Of a stretch of DNA of 64,000 nucleotides, positions 39,550 to 49,643 are shown piece after piece. This DNA comes from an uncultured delta proteobacterium (GTDB lineage Bacteria > Desulfobacterota > Binatia > Binatales > Binataceae). Both the position numbers and the translations under genes were made by a program. Location: positions 3,136,001 to 3,200,000 of the forward strand of contig CAWEEQ010000004.1 in NCBI GenBank assembly GCA_963808235.1. Direction: 5' to 3'. How positions within the stretch are numbered: the stretch's first letter is position 1; each line of letters opens with the position of its first letter. The notes beneath the pieces were generated by a model. That model made no database searches, was not told where the DNA came from, and saw only the letters and a program-made list of their open reading frames with translations.

Positions 39550-42123
39550 TTAGCCGCCCCGGCAGCCGTCGCCGGCGTACCAGACCTTGCCCTTCACGGC
39601 CCAACTGCTGCCGGGGTAGCGGCGATGGAGCAGACCGAACGCCGACTTCGCCAACGTTGTGCCATCGCTGTTCGAGCATCCGAGGTGCACGGCCCGGAGG
39701 CATTGATAGAGCGCCTCGGGAGCGCGGTCGTCGTTCGGAGACTGACGCTTGGCCTGTTCGATCGCCTCTGAGCAAAGAAAGTTCGGAGCGTTTATCGCCG
39801 ATAGCTTCTGCCATTCGTCATCGGCTGATTTCCTTTCCGCCGCCGACAGAAAGCTCGGATACGTTTGGATCTGCAGGTTCTGACTGACTCCCGAGGGCCA
39901 CCAGTTGTCGCGAAGGGAGTCGATCTCGTCAAGCGATGTAATTCTGCCGGGACCCCGGTCAACGTAAAACCGCAAGCCCGGATTTTGAAGCATCATGTAG
40001 GCGGCCGCGAAGCGCTGCGCATCCGGGTTCTTCGCGTCGAGCCACGAATCGATTGACGGCTTGAGTTTCGGAACAGCTTCCATCACCGCGGGCGCGAGCT
40101 CTCGCGCTGCCGCTTCATTGCCGAGCAGAATCGCCCTGATGAAGGTGGCGAGCGCGACCTGTCCGCGCAGCCGCGATGGCAGCGTCTGGCTATCCGCAGC
40201 CTGCATCAGCACGCTCAGCGGGAGCCATCGGGTCAACGCGCCTGCGCCATCGTCGTCGAACAGCGGTCCCGCCGCGAGTTCCTTCAGAGATTGCCCGCTC
40301 GGGTCGTCGAGATTCGAGGGAAGCTCTTCACCATCGCCATCATCGGTGAATCCGAGCGGCGTGCGCGGCGCGTACTTGAGCAGCTCGGCGAGATTGCGGG
40401 CCACGCTCATACGGAGGCGCGTAAGTTCGTTCACCGTCGAGCGCGGCAGTTGATCGCGCGTGGCGAGGATCGCGTCGAGCTTCTCCCGCGCCTCATCGGT
40501 CTTACCGAGTCCGATCTGGAGCCGCGCGATGTGGTAGGTGGTCGTCGCATATGCCGGCGAGCCGGGCTTTACTTTTTCTGCCGACTCGATCAGCGCCGGC
40601 GCGTTCGGGTCTGAGGCGGGGATTTCCGAAATAGCTGCTACCAGCCAAGGTAACGACGAGGTCTTTTTCCACTTCTGGATCGAGTGCGCGATCGCGGCGG
40701 TGTCGGAATAAGGAGCGGGAGGGTTGCCAGTGTCAGCGACGTGAAGAGTCGAGATCCAATCAGTGAGATCGTCGCTGGGAGGATTCTCATTTTTCGGGCC
40801 GTGCGCGAGCATCCAGATGTAGTCGCTGACATCCTGCTTGAGCACCTCGGCGGAGGTGGGCAGCAAGACTGCGCGCGCCAGCTCCTGCTCGCGCTGCATC
40901 GGATGCAACTGCGCATCGACAAAGCCCAGCAATCGTTGTGCGACATGCTTGACGCTGGCCTCATCGGAGGTGGCGACGATCTTGTTCAATTGCGCTTCCG
41001 CCTCGGCCAGCATCGCAACGTCATTTTTCTCGGCAGACAGCGTTGCCTTACGTATCGTCGCCCTCGCAATCAGATATGGCGCGAGCTGCCGCCACGGCGA
41101 TGAAGGATCGGCGGCTATCGCCGCGAACATCTTCGCCGCGGTATCGAAGTTGCCGCTGTAGAAATTTGCGCATGCGATCTGATACGCGCGCTGCGCCTGC
41201 TCGAACGGCGTACCGCCGGTGAGTGGCTGCGGAATGTCAGGAGTGGCGAGGGGTGTTGGATTCGCCCCAGAAAACGGCGCATTCCCGCACGCGATCAAAG
41301 CCTCGTTCTGCTCATCGACCCATTGCTTCACTTTGGGGTTCGACGCGCCCAAATCACGAATCATGGCGTCGAGCTGGGCTGTCACCGTCTGAAACTTCCT
41401 TGCCCTGCAGTTATCCCCCTCTCCGAACGATCCCGGCGCTACGACGCCCGGGACCTCTTTGCACGTCTCCGTCCATTCCTCGACCGCTTTGGACCATTCC
41501 TGGGAGTCCTCGGCAAGCGTCGGCAGGGCACCGGAACAGTTGTTGAATACCTGATCCTGCGCGCCCACCCATTGCTTCACCTGCGGACTCGACAGGCCGA
41601 ACTTTCCGATCATCGTATCGAGCGTGGCCGCTGCCGTATGGAAAGAGCTGTCATTGCAGTTGGCGTAGTCAAACGATCCATATTCCGCCGGGGCTTGGCG
41701 ATTGACGTCGATTTCTTTGATACCTTCAACGCCAGGAACCTTGTTGTGTGCCGCAATCCATTCGGAAGTAACTTTGCCGGCGTTTTGCTCTTCCTCCGTC
41801 AATTGGGACGATCCCGCCGGAGGCTTTCCCAAACCCAGCCAATCGTTCCAAAGGGAGACTATCGCCTTCTGCTCGGGCGCATCGAAGCCGGGTCCGGCGA
41901 GATACCGATACGCGACATACAGATACGAGCGGTCCCAGGTCGGCTTGATTATTCCAAGCCGCCCGGCGGCGAACTGATCGAATGGCAGGTCGGGATGGAT
42001 GTGCGATTCGAACAACGCAATCACTGAATGAACCCCGCTCGCGCCGGACCAGCCCCACAATGAAGCCGAGCTGAGCAGCGTCGCTGCAGCAAGGACAATC
42101 GCAATCGCTCGCCGAACCCTCAT
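39550..42123 (-). CDS. Large secreted alpha-helical protein with internal duplication
   Basis: Signal peptide from ATG 42123. Repeated W..KVPGV...C...F.T..A.LD.MI..G.S.P.VKQWV..Q...C module. C-terminal APEALY...C...LLHRRYPGSSWA. Confidence 0.8.
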   Translation of the reverse strand: MRVRRAIAIVLAAATLLSSASLWGWSGASGVHSVIALFESHIHPDLPFDQFAAGRLGIIKPTWDRSYLYVAYRYLAGPGFDAPEQKAIVSLWNDWLGLGKPPAGSSQLTEEEQNAGKVTSEWIAAHNKVPGVEGIKEIDVNRQAPAEYGSFDYANCNDSSFHTAAATLDTMIGKFGLSSPQVKQWVGAQDQVFNNCSGALPTLAEDSQEWSKAVEEWTETCKEVPGVVAPGSFGEGDNCRARKFQTVTAQLDAMIRDLGASNPKVKQWVDEQNEALIACGNAPFSGANPTPLATPDIPQPLTGGTPFEQAQRAYQIACANFYSGNFDTAAKMFAAIAADPSSPWRQLAPYLIARATIRKATLSAEKNDVAMLAEAEAQLNKIVATSDEASVKHVAQRLLGFVDAQLHPMQREQELARAVLLPTSAEVLKQDVSDYIWMLAHGPKNENPPSDDLTDWISTLHVADTGNPPAPYSDTAAIAHSIQKWKKTSSLPWLVAAISEIPASDPNAPALIESAEKVKPGSPAYATTTYHIARLQIGLGKTDEAREKLDAILATRDQLPRSTVNELTRLRMSVARNLAELLKYAPRTPLGFTDDGDGEELPSNLDDPSGQSLKELAAGPLFDDDGAGALTRWLPLSVLMQAADSQTLPSRLRGQVALATFIRAILLGNEAAARELAPAVMEAVPKLKPSIDSWLDAKNPDAQRFAAAYMMLQNPGLRFYVDRGPGRITSLDEIDSLRDNWWPSGVSQNLQIQTYPSFLSAAERKSADDEWQKLSAINAPNFLCSEAIEQAKRQSPNDDRAPEALYQCLRAVHLGCSNSDGTTLAKSAFGLLHRRYPGSSWAVKGKVWYAGDGCRGG

Positions 42124-42872
42124 TTCGCGACTTCTCCAATCGCGTTGCGCACCTCTTCGGCCGTCCATGGATGCGGCGAGAACAGGTACACCCGCTTTCC
42201 CGCGGCAAGACCCGAAATTTGCGCGTCGAGTGACAGGCCAACGCTGTTGCGGCTCACGACCGGCACGAACTGGCCGCCGTTGCGAAGATAAGCCGTCACC
42301 TCGCCTGCGTCCGGACCCATCCGGTAGAGCATCGGAACGGCCTCATCGACGGGCAGCCCGGAGATCCAGTCATCATCGAGACACCATGAGGCGAGCGCGG
42401 TCATGGAAAGCGGTATCGAAGACGGCATCCGGTCGCGAACATCAGTCAGAAGGTCACTGTAGAAAGATCGCTCCGACCGGCGCGCGTCGAAATCGATCTG
42501 GATTGCGGCGGGCGAAGTGCGTACCAGTCCGGCGATGATTCGAGCGGCTTCACCGCGCTGCGAAGCCGACAAGGTCGGCGGCAAGCGTCGATCGATCTCG
42601 ATGCGCACCACCGCTATCAGGATCGTACGCGCCGGCACCGTCAAAGGCTGGAACCGCGGGCGAACGATGACGTCATCGCCACTGAGATCGAGCGTGCGCG
42701 CGAGATATGCAACGGCGGTTTTGTCGGGATCAATGAAAGCGAGGTTCTCGCGCCGTTCCCACGCCCATAAGATGACGCGGGGCATACGGCTCATCTGATC
42801 GGCGCGAGCGGAGCGATGTGCCGGCAGCGTGTCCGATGCGCCGGCCAACAGCGCGGCGAGCACGATCGCCAT
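42120..42872 (-). CDS. DUF3142-like protein (start approximate)
   Basis: LWAWER, IQIDFDAR.SER.FY, SMTALASWC, VDEAVPM. Overlaps the next gene by 4 nt. Confidence 0.72.
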   Translation of the reverse strand: MAIVLAALLAGASDTLPAHRSARADQMSRMPRVILWAWERRENLAFIDPDKTAVAYLARTLDLSGDDVIVRPRFQPLTVPARTILIAVVRIEIDRRLPPTLSASQRGEAARIIAGLVRTSPAAIQIDFDARRSERSFYSDLLTDVRDRMPSSIPLSMTALASWCLDDDWISGLPVDEAVPMLYRMGPDAGEVTAYLRNGGQFVPVVSRNSVGLSLDAQISGLAAGKRVYLFSPHPWTAEEVRNAIGEVAK

Positions 42873-42993
42873 CTTGACCGTGCTATAAGGACTCGCCTTG
42901 CTAAGCAAGTTGTGGCCGCTGCGTGTCACCATGTTATCGACTAATCGCGCCAATCTTAGTGCAGTCGCTGAATCCTGCCGAGTGTCCCATCGT

Positions 42994-45333
42994 ATGAGAC
43001 AGTCGGTGGCTAATATACGGATCGTCACAATGTTGGTTGCGGTGTTGATTGGCGCCCCGCTGATATCGGCTTGTCGGGCGACAGGTCCACGTACGCCTGG
43101 AGCTGTAGCTTCGTCGTGGCTGATGCTCGGGCACGATCGCGCGCATACCGGCCGGAGCGATTTCGATACCAGCGCAAATCCCGGTGCGCAGAAGTGGAGG
43201 TTCTCGACCGGCGGCAGCGTGGCCTCGCCGGCCATCGGCAGCGACGGCACGATTTACGCCGGTTCCACTGACTTCAGCCTCTACGCAGTTGCCCCCGACG
43301 GAACGCGGAAGTGGGCGCTCACGACCGACAACGCCGTTGGCGCGCCGGCGATCGCCGCCGACGGGACCATCTACGTCGGCGTCGGTGAGAACCTCTATGC
43401 GGTAAATCCCAACGGCACAAAGAAGTGGGCATTCGCTATCGGTGACGCGTCGAGAGCCGCGCCGACGATTGCCACAGATGGAACCATCTACGTCAGCGCC
43501 GGTGAGAACCTGTATTCGGTAGATCCTAACGGCAAGCTGAAGTGGAAATTCGCCGTCAACTACGCGACGCAGTCCTCGCCAGCGATCGGCGCCGATGGCA
43601 CCGTTTACGTCGGCTCTGGCGACGGCAACCTGTACGCGGTCAATCCGGACGGCGCGCAAAAGTGGGCATTCGCAACTGGCAGTTTTGTCGACTCCTCGCC
43701 GGCGATCGGCACCGACGGCACTATTTACGTAGGCTCAGGTTATCCCAAAGCCAACCTGTATGCGGTGAGCCCTGATGGCACCCCCAAGTGGGCATTTGCA
43801 ACTGCCGCTGGCGCGAGTTTCTCTTCGCCGGCGATTGGCGCCGACGGCAGCGTTTACGTCGGCTCCTACGACGGACGCCTTTACGCGATAAACCGGGACG
43901 GAACGAAGAAGTGGGCGCTGGCAGCTGGCGTGATTGAGAATTCCGCGCCGGCCATCGGCGCGGACGGCACCATCTACGTTGGCTCCGACGACTACAATCT
44001 GTACGCGATAAGCTCTGACGGTTCCAAGAAATGGACGCTCGCCACTGGCAGCGGCCTACATTCCTCGCCGGCGATCGGAGCCGATGGAACCATCTACATC
44101 GGCTCCGGTGACAACAACCTCTATGCTGTCGGCGTCGCCGCTCCGCAGCCCGCGCCCGCCAAAATTCCCGCGACTACAGGCCCGGCATGGCCGATGTTCC
44201 ATCACGATCGCGCGCATACCGGCCGGAGCGATTTCGACACCAGCGCCAACCCAGGAATTCTGAAATGGACGTTGGCGATTGGCGGTGTGCAATCGTTCTA
44301 CTATATGAGCCCTTCGCCGGTGATCGGTGCCGATGGCACCATTTACATAGGTTCCGGAGATCACAGCCTATACGCGGTAAACCGCGACGGCTCGCGGAAG
44401 TGGAAGTTCGCAACCGGGGGTCTTGCGGGTTCGCCGGCGCTTGGCGTCGACGGCACCATCTACGTCGATTCCGATGACCACAACCTCTACGCACTCAACC
44501 CCGACGGCTCGCGGAAGTGGGCGTTCGCAACCGGCACCGGCGCGAACGAGTCATTAGACTCGTGTGCGGACGCGCCAGCCGTCGGTGCGGACGGCGTCAT
44601 TTACGTCGGCACTCGTGGGAAGCTCTACGCGGTCAACCCCAACGGCACCCTGAAATGGACCTTTGCGCCGAGTGAATTCAGTACTTTCTCTACGCCGGCG
44701 ATCGGCGCCGACGGGACCATCTACGTGGGCTCCAGCTACTATTACAACGGCGCCCGCACCACCAGCGGGCGCATGTACGCGCTACACCCAGACGGCACTT
44801 TGAAGTGGGAATTTGCGGCTCCTCACACTCTTGAACCTTCCTCGCCGGCGATCGGCTCGGATGGCACCATTTACATCGGATCGAGTGATTTCAACCTCTA
44901 CGCGGTGAACCCCGACGGCAGCCAGAAATGGAAATTCACGGCCGGCAAGTTCGATAGCGCTAAGGGTGATAGTGGCCTGTACTCCTCGCCGGCTATCGGC
45001 GCCGATGGGACAATTTACGTTGGCTCATGGGACTATAACCTCTACGCGGTAAAGGCGGATGGCACTCTGAAATGGAAGTTTGCCGCTGGCAATCCGGTGT
45101 TCTCCTCGCCGGCGATTAGCGCCGACGGCACCATTTACTTTGGCTCCAGCAATGACCGGCACCTTTACGCGGTAAACCCCGACGGGCGGCTTAAGTGGAA
45201 ATTCACAACCGGCGTCATTCTACCGATCAATTCCTCGCCGGCGATCGGGGCCGATGGCACCATCTACTTCGGCTCCGATGACGGCCATCTCTACGCCGTC
45301 GGCGCTGCCGCCAGATCGCAACCGTCCAAATGA
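42994..45333 (+). CDS. PQQ-like beta-propeller repeat lipoprotein (two tandem propellers)
   Basis: About 14 repeats of SSPAIG.DGTIYVGS.D.NLYAVNPDG..KW.F. ISAC lipobox. Duplicated HDRAHTGRSDFDTSANPG headers. Confidence 0.9.
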   Translation: MRQSVANIRIVTMLVAVLIGAPLISACRATGPRTPGAVASSWLMLGHDRAHTGRSDFDTSANPGAQKWRFSTGGSVASPAIGSDGTIYAGSTDFSLYAVAPDGTRKWALTTDNAVGAPAIAADGTIYVGVGENLYAVNPNGTKKWAFAIGDASRAAPTIATDGTIYVSAGENLYSVDPNGKLKWKFAVNYATQSSPAIGADGTVYVGSGDGNLYAVNPDGAQKWAFATGSFVDSSPAIGTDGTIYVGSGYPKANLYAVSPDGTPKWAFATAAGASFSSPAIGADGSVYVGSYDGRLYAINRDGTKKWALAAGVIENSAPAIGADGTIYVGSDDYNLYAISSDGSKKWTLATGSGLHSSPAIGADGTIYIGSGDNNLYAVGVAAPQPAPAKIPATTGPAWPMFHHDRAHTGRSDFDTSANPGILKWTLAIGGVQSFYYMSPSPVIGADGTIYIGSGDHSLYAVNRDGSRKWKFATGGLAGSPALGVDGTIYVDSDDHNLYALNPDGSRKWAFATGTGANESLDSCADAPAVGADGVIYVGTRGKLYAVNPNGTLKWTFAPSEFSTFSTPAIGADGTIYVGSSYYYNGARTTSGRMYALHPDGTLKWEFAAPHTLEPSSPAIGSDGTIYIGSSDFNLYAVNPDGSQKWKFTAGKFDSAKGDSGLYSSPAIGADGTIYVGSWDYNLYAVKADGTLKWKFAAGNPVFSSPAISADGTIYFGSSNDRHLYAVNPDGRLKWKFTTGVILPINSSPAIGADGTIYFGSDDGHLYAVGAAARSQPSK

Positions 45334-45361
45334 CCGCGACGGTCGGGACCTGCCGATGCGC

Positions 45362-46495
45362 TCACGCGGCTTTGCGGCCGCCTGCGTATTCCTTGCGATA
45401 GACCTGGAGCAGTGAGGCGAAGATCGACATGATCGCCGGGCCGAGGAACAGGCCGAGCGGCCCGTACGCCTCGAGTCCGCCGAGGATTCCCAAGAACAGC
45501 GCGAGCGTTGGCAGCCCCGTGCCATGGCGCATCGCAAGCGGCTTGATGAAGTTGTCGATCACCGCGAGCGCGACCGAGCACCAGATTATCAGCCCGACCG
45601 CCGCCGACCATCCCGACGCGAGCCCAAGGTAAAGCGTCGCCGGTATCCAGATCAGCGCCGTGCCGCCGATCGGCATCAGGCCCGCCGCCGCCGACGCGAT
45701 TGCAAGAAACAGCCAATACGGCATCCCAAAGATCAGCATGCCGAGCCCAATGGTCACCCCTTGCAGCACCGCGGTCAGCATCAGGCCGCGCATCACGGAG
45801 GAGAGCGTCGCGCGCAGGGTGTCGAAGATCGCCTTCTTGTCGTCCTCATGCAGTGGGGTCAGGTCCTGCAGAGCCTTGTAGTAGTAGTCGCCGTCGCGCA
45901 GCAGGTAGAAGAACACCAGCAACGTGATCCCGAAATCGACGATGAACCCGAGCACATTTTTCGCGGCCTGGGTCGCGTTCTTGGCTACGTAGTTGCTGGT
46001 TATCTGCGCCGCTTGCAGGGTCAGCTTGGGCAGCTCCTCGTCGAGCTTGTAACCGTGCTCGGCCATTTTTTTTGCGATCCATGCGCCGAGATCGGTATGG
46101 ACGGCCCAGTCGTGCAGCTTCGACACTTCGCCGCTGCTCACCATCTGCGTGGCCTGTGCGTAAAGCGTCTGCCCCTCGACCACGAGACGGCCCGAGGCCC
46201 AGATGGCAGGCAGCACGACCAGGAGCCCGACGATGACGCTGATTATCGCCGTCGAGAGCGATCGCCGCTTGACGTATTTCTCGACTTCGATCAGCGCTGG
46301 ATGCGCGATGAAGGCGAGCAGGATTCCCCACGCAAAGGGGTACAGAAACGGCAGGATCAGTTCGTACAGCTCATAGGCCATCACGGCCAGAAAGCCGAAG
46401 AAGAAGAGCTGCACGACCCGCTCGCGATCCATCGTAGGGGCAGCCATAACGCGCGAGAGCCTAGCAAATCGGCTCGCGATGGTCGCCTCCGGCAA
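45362..46495 (-). CDS. AI-2E family transporter (start approximate)
   Basis: FYLLRDG, QG..G, PIGGTALIWIP, DNFIKP, GG..AYG..GLFLGP. Confidence 0.9.
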   Translation of the reverse strand: MPEATIASRFARLSRVMAAPTMDRERVVQLFFFGFLAVMAYELYELILPFLYPFAWGILLAFIAHPALIEVEKYVKRRSLSTAIISVIVGLLVVLPAIWASGRLVVEGQTLYAQATQMVSSGEVSKLHDWAVHTDLGAWIAKKMAEHGYKLDEELPKLTLQAAQITSNYVAKNATQAAKNVLGFIVDFGITLLVFFYLLRDGDYYYKALQDLTPLHEDDKKAIFDTLRATLSSVMRGLMLTAVLQGVTIGLGMLIFGMPYWLFLAIASAAAGLMPIGGTALIWIPATLYLGLASGWSAAVGLIIWCSVALAVIDNFIKPLAMRHGTGLPTLALFLGILGGLEAYGPLGLFLGPAIMSIFASLLQVYRKEYAGGRKAA

Positions 46496-46661
46496 TTATC
46501 GTGATAGGATATCCCTCGTGAGCTGCGTGTATCTTTCGAGAACCTCGAAACACCGCCCGAGCGCGATTCTTCGGTTGCCCGCGCGGGCGGGATCGGTTAC
46601 CGTTTGCGTTTGCTTGGGATGCCTATTCAATACGCCTCGTTTCAATACACCTCGCACGTGA

Positions 46662-46736
46662 AGGCACGTAGCTCAGTAGTAGAGCGCTTCCCTGACACGG
46701 AAGAGGTCGGCGGTTCAATCCCGCCCGTGCCTACCA
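46662..46736 (+). tRNA. tRNA-Val(GAC)
   Basis: Acceptor stem AGGCACG/CGTGCCT, anticodon arm CTTCC-CT-GAC-AC-GGAAG, T arm GGCGG-TTCAATC-CCGCC, encoded CCA. Confidence 0.95.
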
Positions 46737-46832
46737 AGTCCGTGCTCATCGCCGCGCATTTGAACCCGCCCGTTTATTTCACATGCGCTTGAATTCGATC
46801 TGTACCCCGCTATGCCTGGACACCTCTCGTAA

Positions 46833-48773
46833 ATGCCTTCCGAGATAACCGTAAAACTAAACGGCCAGCCGCGTGTCGTGCCGCATGGCATTATCGTTCG
46901 CGACCTGATGCGCGATATTCCGAGCAAAGACCTGGTCGCGGCCAGCGTTGACGGCAAGGTGGTCGATCTGACCGCCAAGCTCGAGCATGACGCAATCGTC
47001 GAGCCGGTGCTGGCTGACTCAGTGGAGGGGCTCGAGGTCATCCGGCATTCGACCGCACATCTGATGGCGATGGCGGTGCAATCGCTCTATCCGGGCACCC
47101 AGGTCACGATTGGCCCGGTCATCGAGGACGGCTTCTTCTACGACTTCGCGCCCAAGACGCCGTTCACGCTCGAGGACCTGCCGAAGATCGAAGCGAAGAT
47201 GCGAGAACTGGCGAAGGCCGATCATAAAATTCATCGCACCGAGGTCGCTCGCGAGGACGCGATCCGCGAATTCTCCTCGATGGGCGAGAATTACAAGGTC
47301 GAGATCATCCAGGGTATCGGCGACGCGCAGGTTTCGATCTACACACAGGGCGACTGGAAGGATCTGTGCCGCGGGCCGCACGTGCCCTCGACGCGCTACC
47401 TGAAGGCATTCAAGCTGACCAGCGTGGCCGGCGCGTATTGGCGCGGCGACGAGCACAATGCGATGCTCTCGCGAATCTACGGCACCGCGTTCGCGAGCAA
47501 AGAGGCACTCGACGAGCATCTGAAGATGCTCGAGTTGGCGCGCACTCGCGATCATCGCAAGCTTGGCCGCGAGATGGGTCTGTACATCTTCGATCCGATC
47601 TCGCCGGGCTCGCCGTTCTACCTGCCCAAGGGCACCATCATCTTCAATGAATTGATCGACTATATGCGCCGCCTCTACCGCCGCTATGGCTACGACGAAG
47701 TCGTCACGCCGCAGCTTTTCAAGAATGAGTTGTGGAATACGTCGGGACATTGGGAAAATTTTCGCGAGAACATGTACCTCGCGCCGGATCCCGAAGGAGA
47801 GACGCATAGCGTCGATCCCGGCCCCGAAGGATGGCATCAGGGATACGGCCTGAAGCCGATGAATTGCCCCGGCCATAACTTCGTCTACCGCGCCGAGAAG
47901 CGCTCGTATCGTGACTTGCCGATGCGCCTCGCGGAGTTCACCCGGCTACATCGCGCGGAGCGGTCGGGGACGCTGCACGGCCTGATTCGGGTGCGTGAGT
48001 TTTCGCAAGACGACGCGCACATCTACTGCCGCGAGGATCAGATCGAAGACGAAGTCGCCCTCAATCTCGAGATGGTTCGCGATGTCTACGGCGGGCTCGG
48101 CTTCGAACGCGTCGAGTTCAAGCTCGCGACGATGCCCGAGAAACATCTCGGCACCGAGGAACAGTGGCGGATGGCCGAGGCCAAGCTCGGCGACGCGATG
48201 AAGCGCAACGAAATCGCGTTCGAGATAAATCCGAAGGAAGGCGCCTTCTACGGCCCCAAGATCGAGATTTACTTGTCCGACGCGCTCAAGCGTAAGTGGC
48301 AGGTCGCGACGATACAGCTCGATTACAACGCGCCCGAGCGCTTCGACCTGACGTATACCTCAAGCGCGGGCACCGAAGAGCGTCCAGTGGTCATCCATCG
48401 CGCGATTATTGGCTCGGTCGAGCGATTCATCGGCGTGCTGATCGAGCATACCGGCGGCGTGCTTCCGTTCTGGCTCGCGCCCGAGCAGGCGCGAGTGCTG
48501 TCGCTCAGTGAAAAGGTCGAGGACTACGCCAAGGAAGTGACCGAGCTGCTGAGGCGCGAAGGATTTCGCGCCCACGCGGACATCCGCAACGAGAAGCTCG
48601 GCTTCAAAGTTCGCGAGGCGGAACTCGCCAAGGTGCCGTATATGGTCGTAGTGGGCGAGCGCGAAGCCGCGGATCGATCCGTGTCGCTGCGTCTGCTGCG
48701 CGGAGAAAAGAGCAATGCGATGCCGCTCACGGCGTTGATCGAACTATTAAAGAAGGAGCCGATCCCGGCTTAG
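46833..48773 (+). CDS. thrS: Threonine--tRNA ligase
   Basis: TGS domain, RHSTAH, DLCRGPH, RDHRKLG, LKPMNCPGH, GAFYGPK, IHRAI.GS.ERF. Confidence 0.98.
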   Translation: MPSEITVKLNGQPRVVPHGIIVRDLMRDIPSKDLVAASVDGKVVDLTAKLEHDAIVEPVLADSVEGLEVIRHSTAHLMAMAVQSLYPGTQVTIGPVIEDGFFYDFAPKTPFTLEDLPKIEAKMRELAKADHKIHRTEVAREDAIREFSSMGENYKVEIIQGIGDAQVSIYTQGDWKDLCRGPHVPSTRYLKAFKLTSVAGAYWRGDEHNAMLSRIYGTAFASKEALDEHLKMLELARTRDHRKLGREMGLYIFDPISPGSPFYLPKGTIIFNELIDYMRRLYRRYGYDEVVTPQLFKNELWNTSGHWENFRENMYLAPDPEGETHSVDPGPEGWHQGYGLKPMNCPGHNFVYRAEKRSYRDLPMRLAEFTRLHRAERSGTLHGLIRVREFSQDDAHIYCREDQIEDEVALNLEMVRDVYGGLGFERVEFKLATMPEKHLGTEEQWRMAEAKLGDAMKRNEIAFEINPKEGAFYGPKIEIYLSDALKRKWQVATIQLDYNAPERFDLTYTSSAGTEERPVVIHRAIIGSVERFIGVLIEHTGGVLPFWLAPEQARVLSLSEKVEDYAKEVTELLRREGFRAHADIRNEKLGFKVREAELAKVPYMVVVGEREAADRSVSLRLLRGEKSNAMPLTALIELLKKEPIPA

Positions 48774-48809
48774 AGATTTATCCGGCTACCAGGCCGGAGG
48801 AGGTGCTTT

Positions 48810-49343
48810 ATCCGAAGAGATTTCAGAACCCCGCCCTCACGAGAGCCCGCGATTCGCGTTAACAACCTGATCCGCGCTCAAGAAGTCCGCGTAATCGACG
48901 CCGACGGCAGCCAGGTGGGAATCCTGCCGCTGCGCGACGCAATCAAAGTCGCCGAGAGTCGCGGCCTCGATCTGGTCGAGGTTTCCGCGACCGCGACGCC
49001 GCCGGTGTGCAGGGTCACCGACTTCGACAAGTATCGCTACGCGCAGAAGAAGAAGTCGCACGACTCCAAGAAGCACACCATCAGTATGATCAAGGAAGTC
49101 AAGATGGGCTCGGCGACCGGGCTGCACGATGTCAACTTCAAAGTTAATCACATCAAGCGCTTTGTTGGAGACGGCCATCGTGTTAAGCTCACCGTTTCGT
49201 TCCGGGGCCGCGCGATTACCCATCCGGAGCTCGGACGGGCGCTGATCGAGAGAATCATCGCGCAGATAACGGACATAGCGCAGGCTGAAGGCACGCCGCG
49301 GATGGAAGGACGCAACATGTCCGTGCTGCTGACGCCGCGTTAG
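48810..49343 (+). CDS. infC: Translation initiation factor IF-3 (ATC start)
   Basis: GGAGGAGG SD then in-frame ATC at 48810. RVN..IR..EVRVI, LDLVEVS, PPVC. Confidence 0.95.
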   Translation: MRRDFRTPPSREPAIRVNNLIRAQEVRVIDADGSQVGILPLRDAIKVAESRGLDLVEVSATATPPVCRVTDFDKYRYAQKKKSHDSKKHTISMIKEVKMGSATGLHDVNFKVNHIKRFVGDGHRVKLTVSFRGRAITHPELGRALIERIIAQITDIAQAEGTPRMEGRNMSVLLTPR

Positions 49344-49376
49344 AAAATTTTTTAAGGAAAGTAAAATCAAGCGACC

Positions 49377-49574
49377 ATGCCGAAAATCAGGACCAGCCGC
49401 ACCGCCGCCAAACGCTTCTCCGTCACCAAGACCGGCAAGGTCAAGTTCAAGCATGCGTATGCCCGGCACATGTTCTCGGCCAAGAGCCCTAAACAGAAAG
49501 CACAGTTGCGCAACACCGGGATTCTGGGCAAAGCTGACGCGGCCAAAGTTCGCGCGATGATGCCGTACGCTTGA
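49377..49574 (+). CDS. rpmI: 50S ribosomal protein L35
   Basis: MPKIRT..AAKRF.VT.TGK, in conserved synteny. Confidence 0.97.
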   Translation: MPKIRTSRTAAKRFSVTKTGKVKFKHAYARHMFSAKSPKQKAQLRNTGILGKADAAKVRAMMPYA

Positions 49575-49643
49575 ACGCGGCCGACTAACTAAACCGAATA
49601 TCCAGCTAACCGAATATCTACCAAGGAAGGATTTACTACTCCG

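Noticed and set aside
46662-46830. Integrative element at tRNA-Val
   Set aside because: No integrase or duplicated tRNA 3' end. thrS follows directly.
47780-47845. Short insertion in ThrS before LKPMNC
   Set aside because: Falls in a length-variable loop and has no intein motifs.
48810-48812. Non-canonical ATC start of infC
   Set aside because: Real, but non-AUG starts are an established IF3 autoregulation feature and not novel.
49592-49618. 11-bp direct repeat aaccgaatatc between rpmI and rplT
   Set aside because: Too short, with no supporting structure. Likely slippage.
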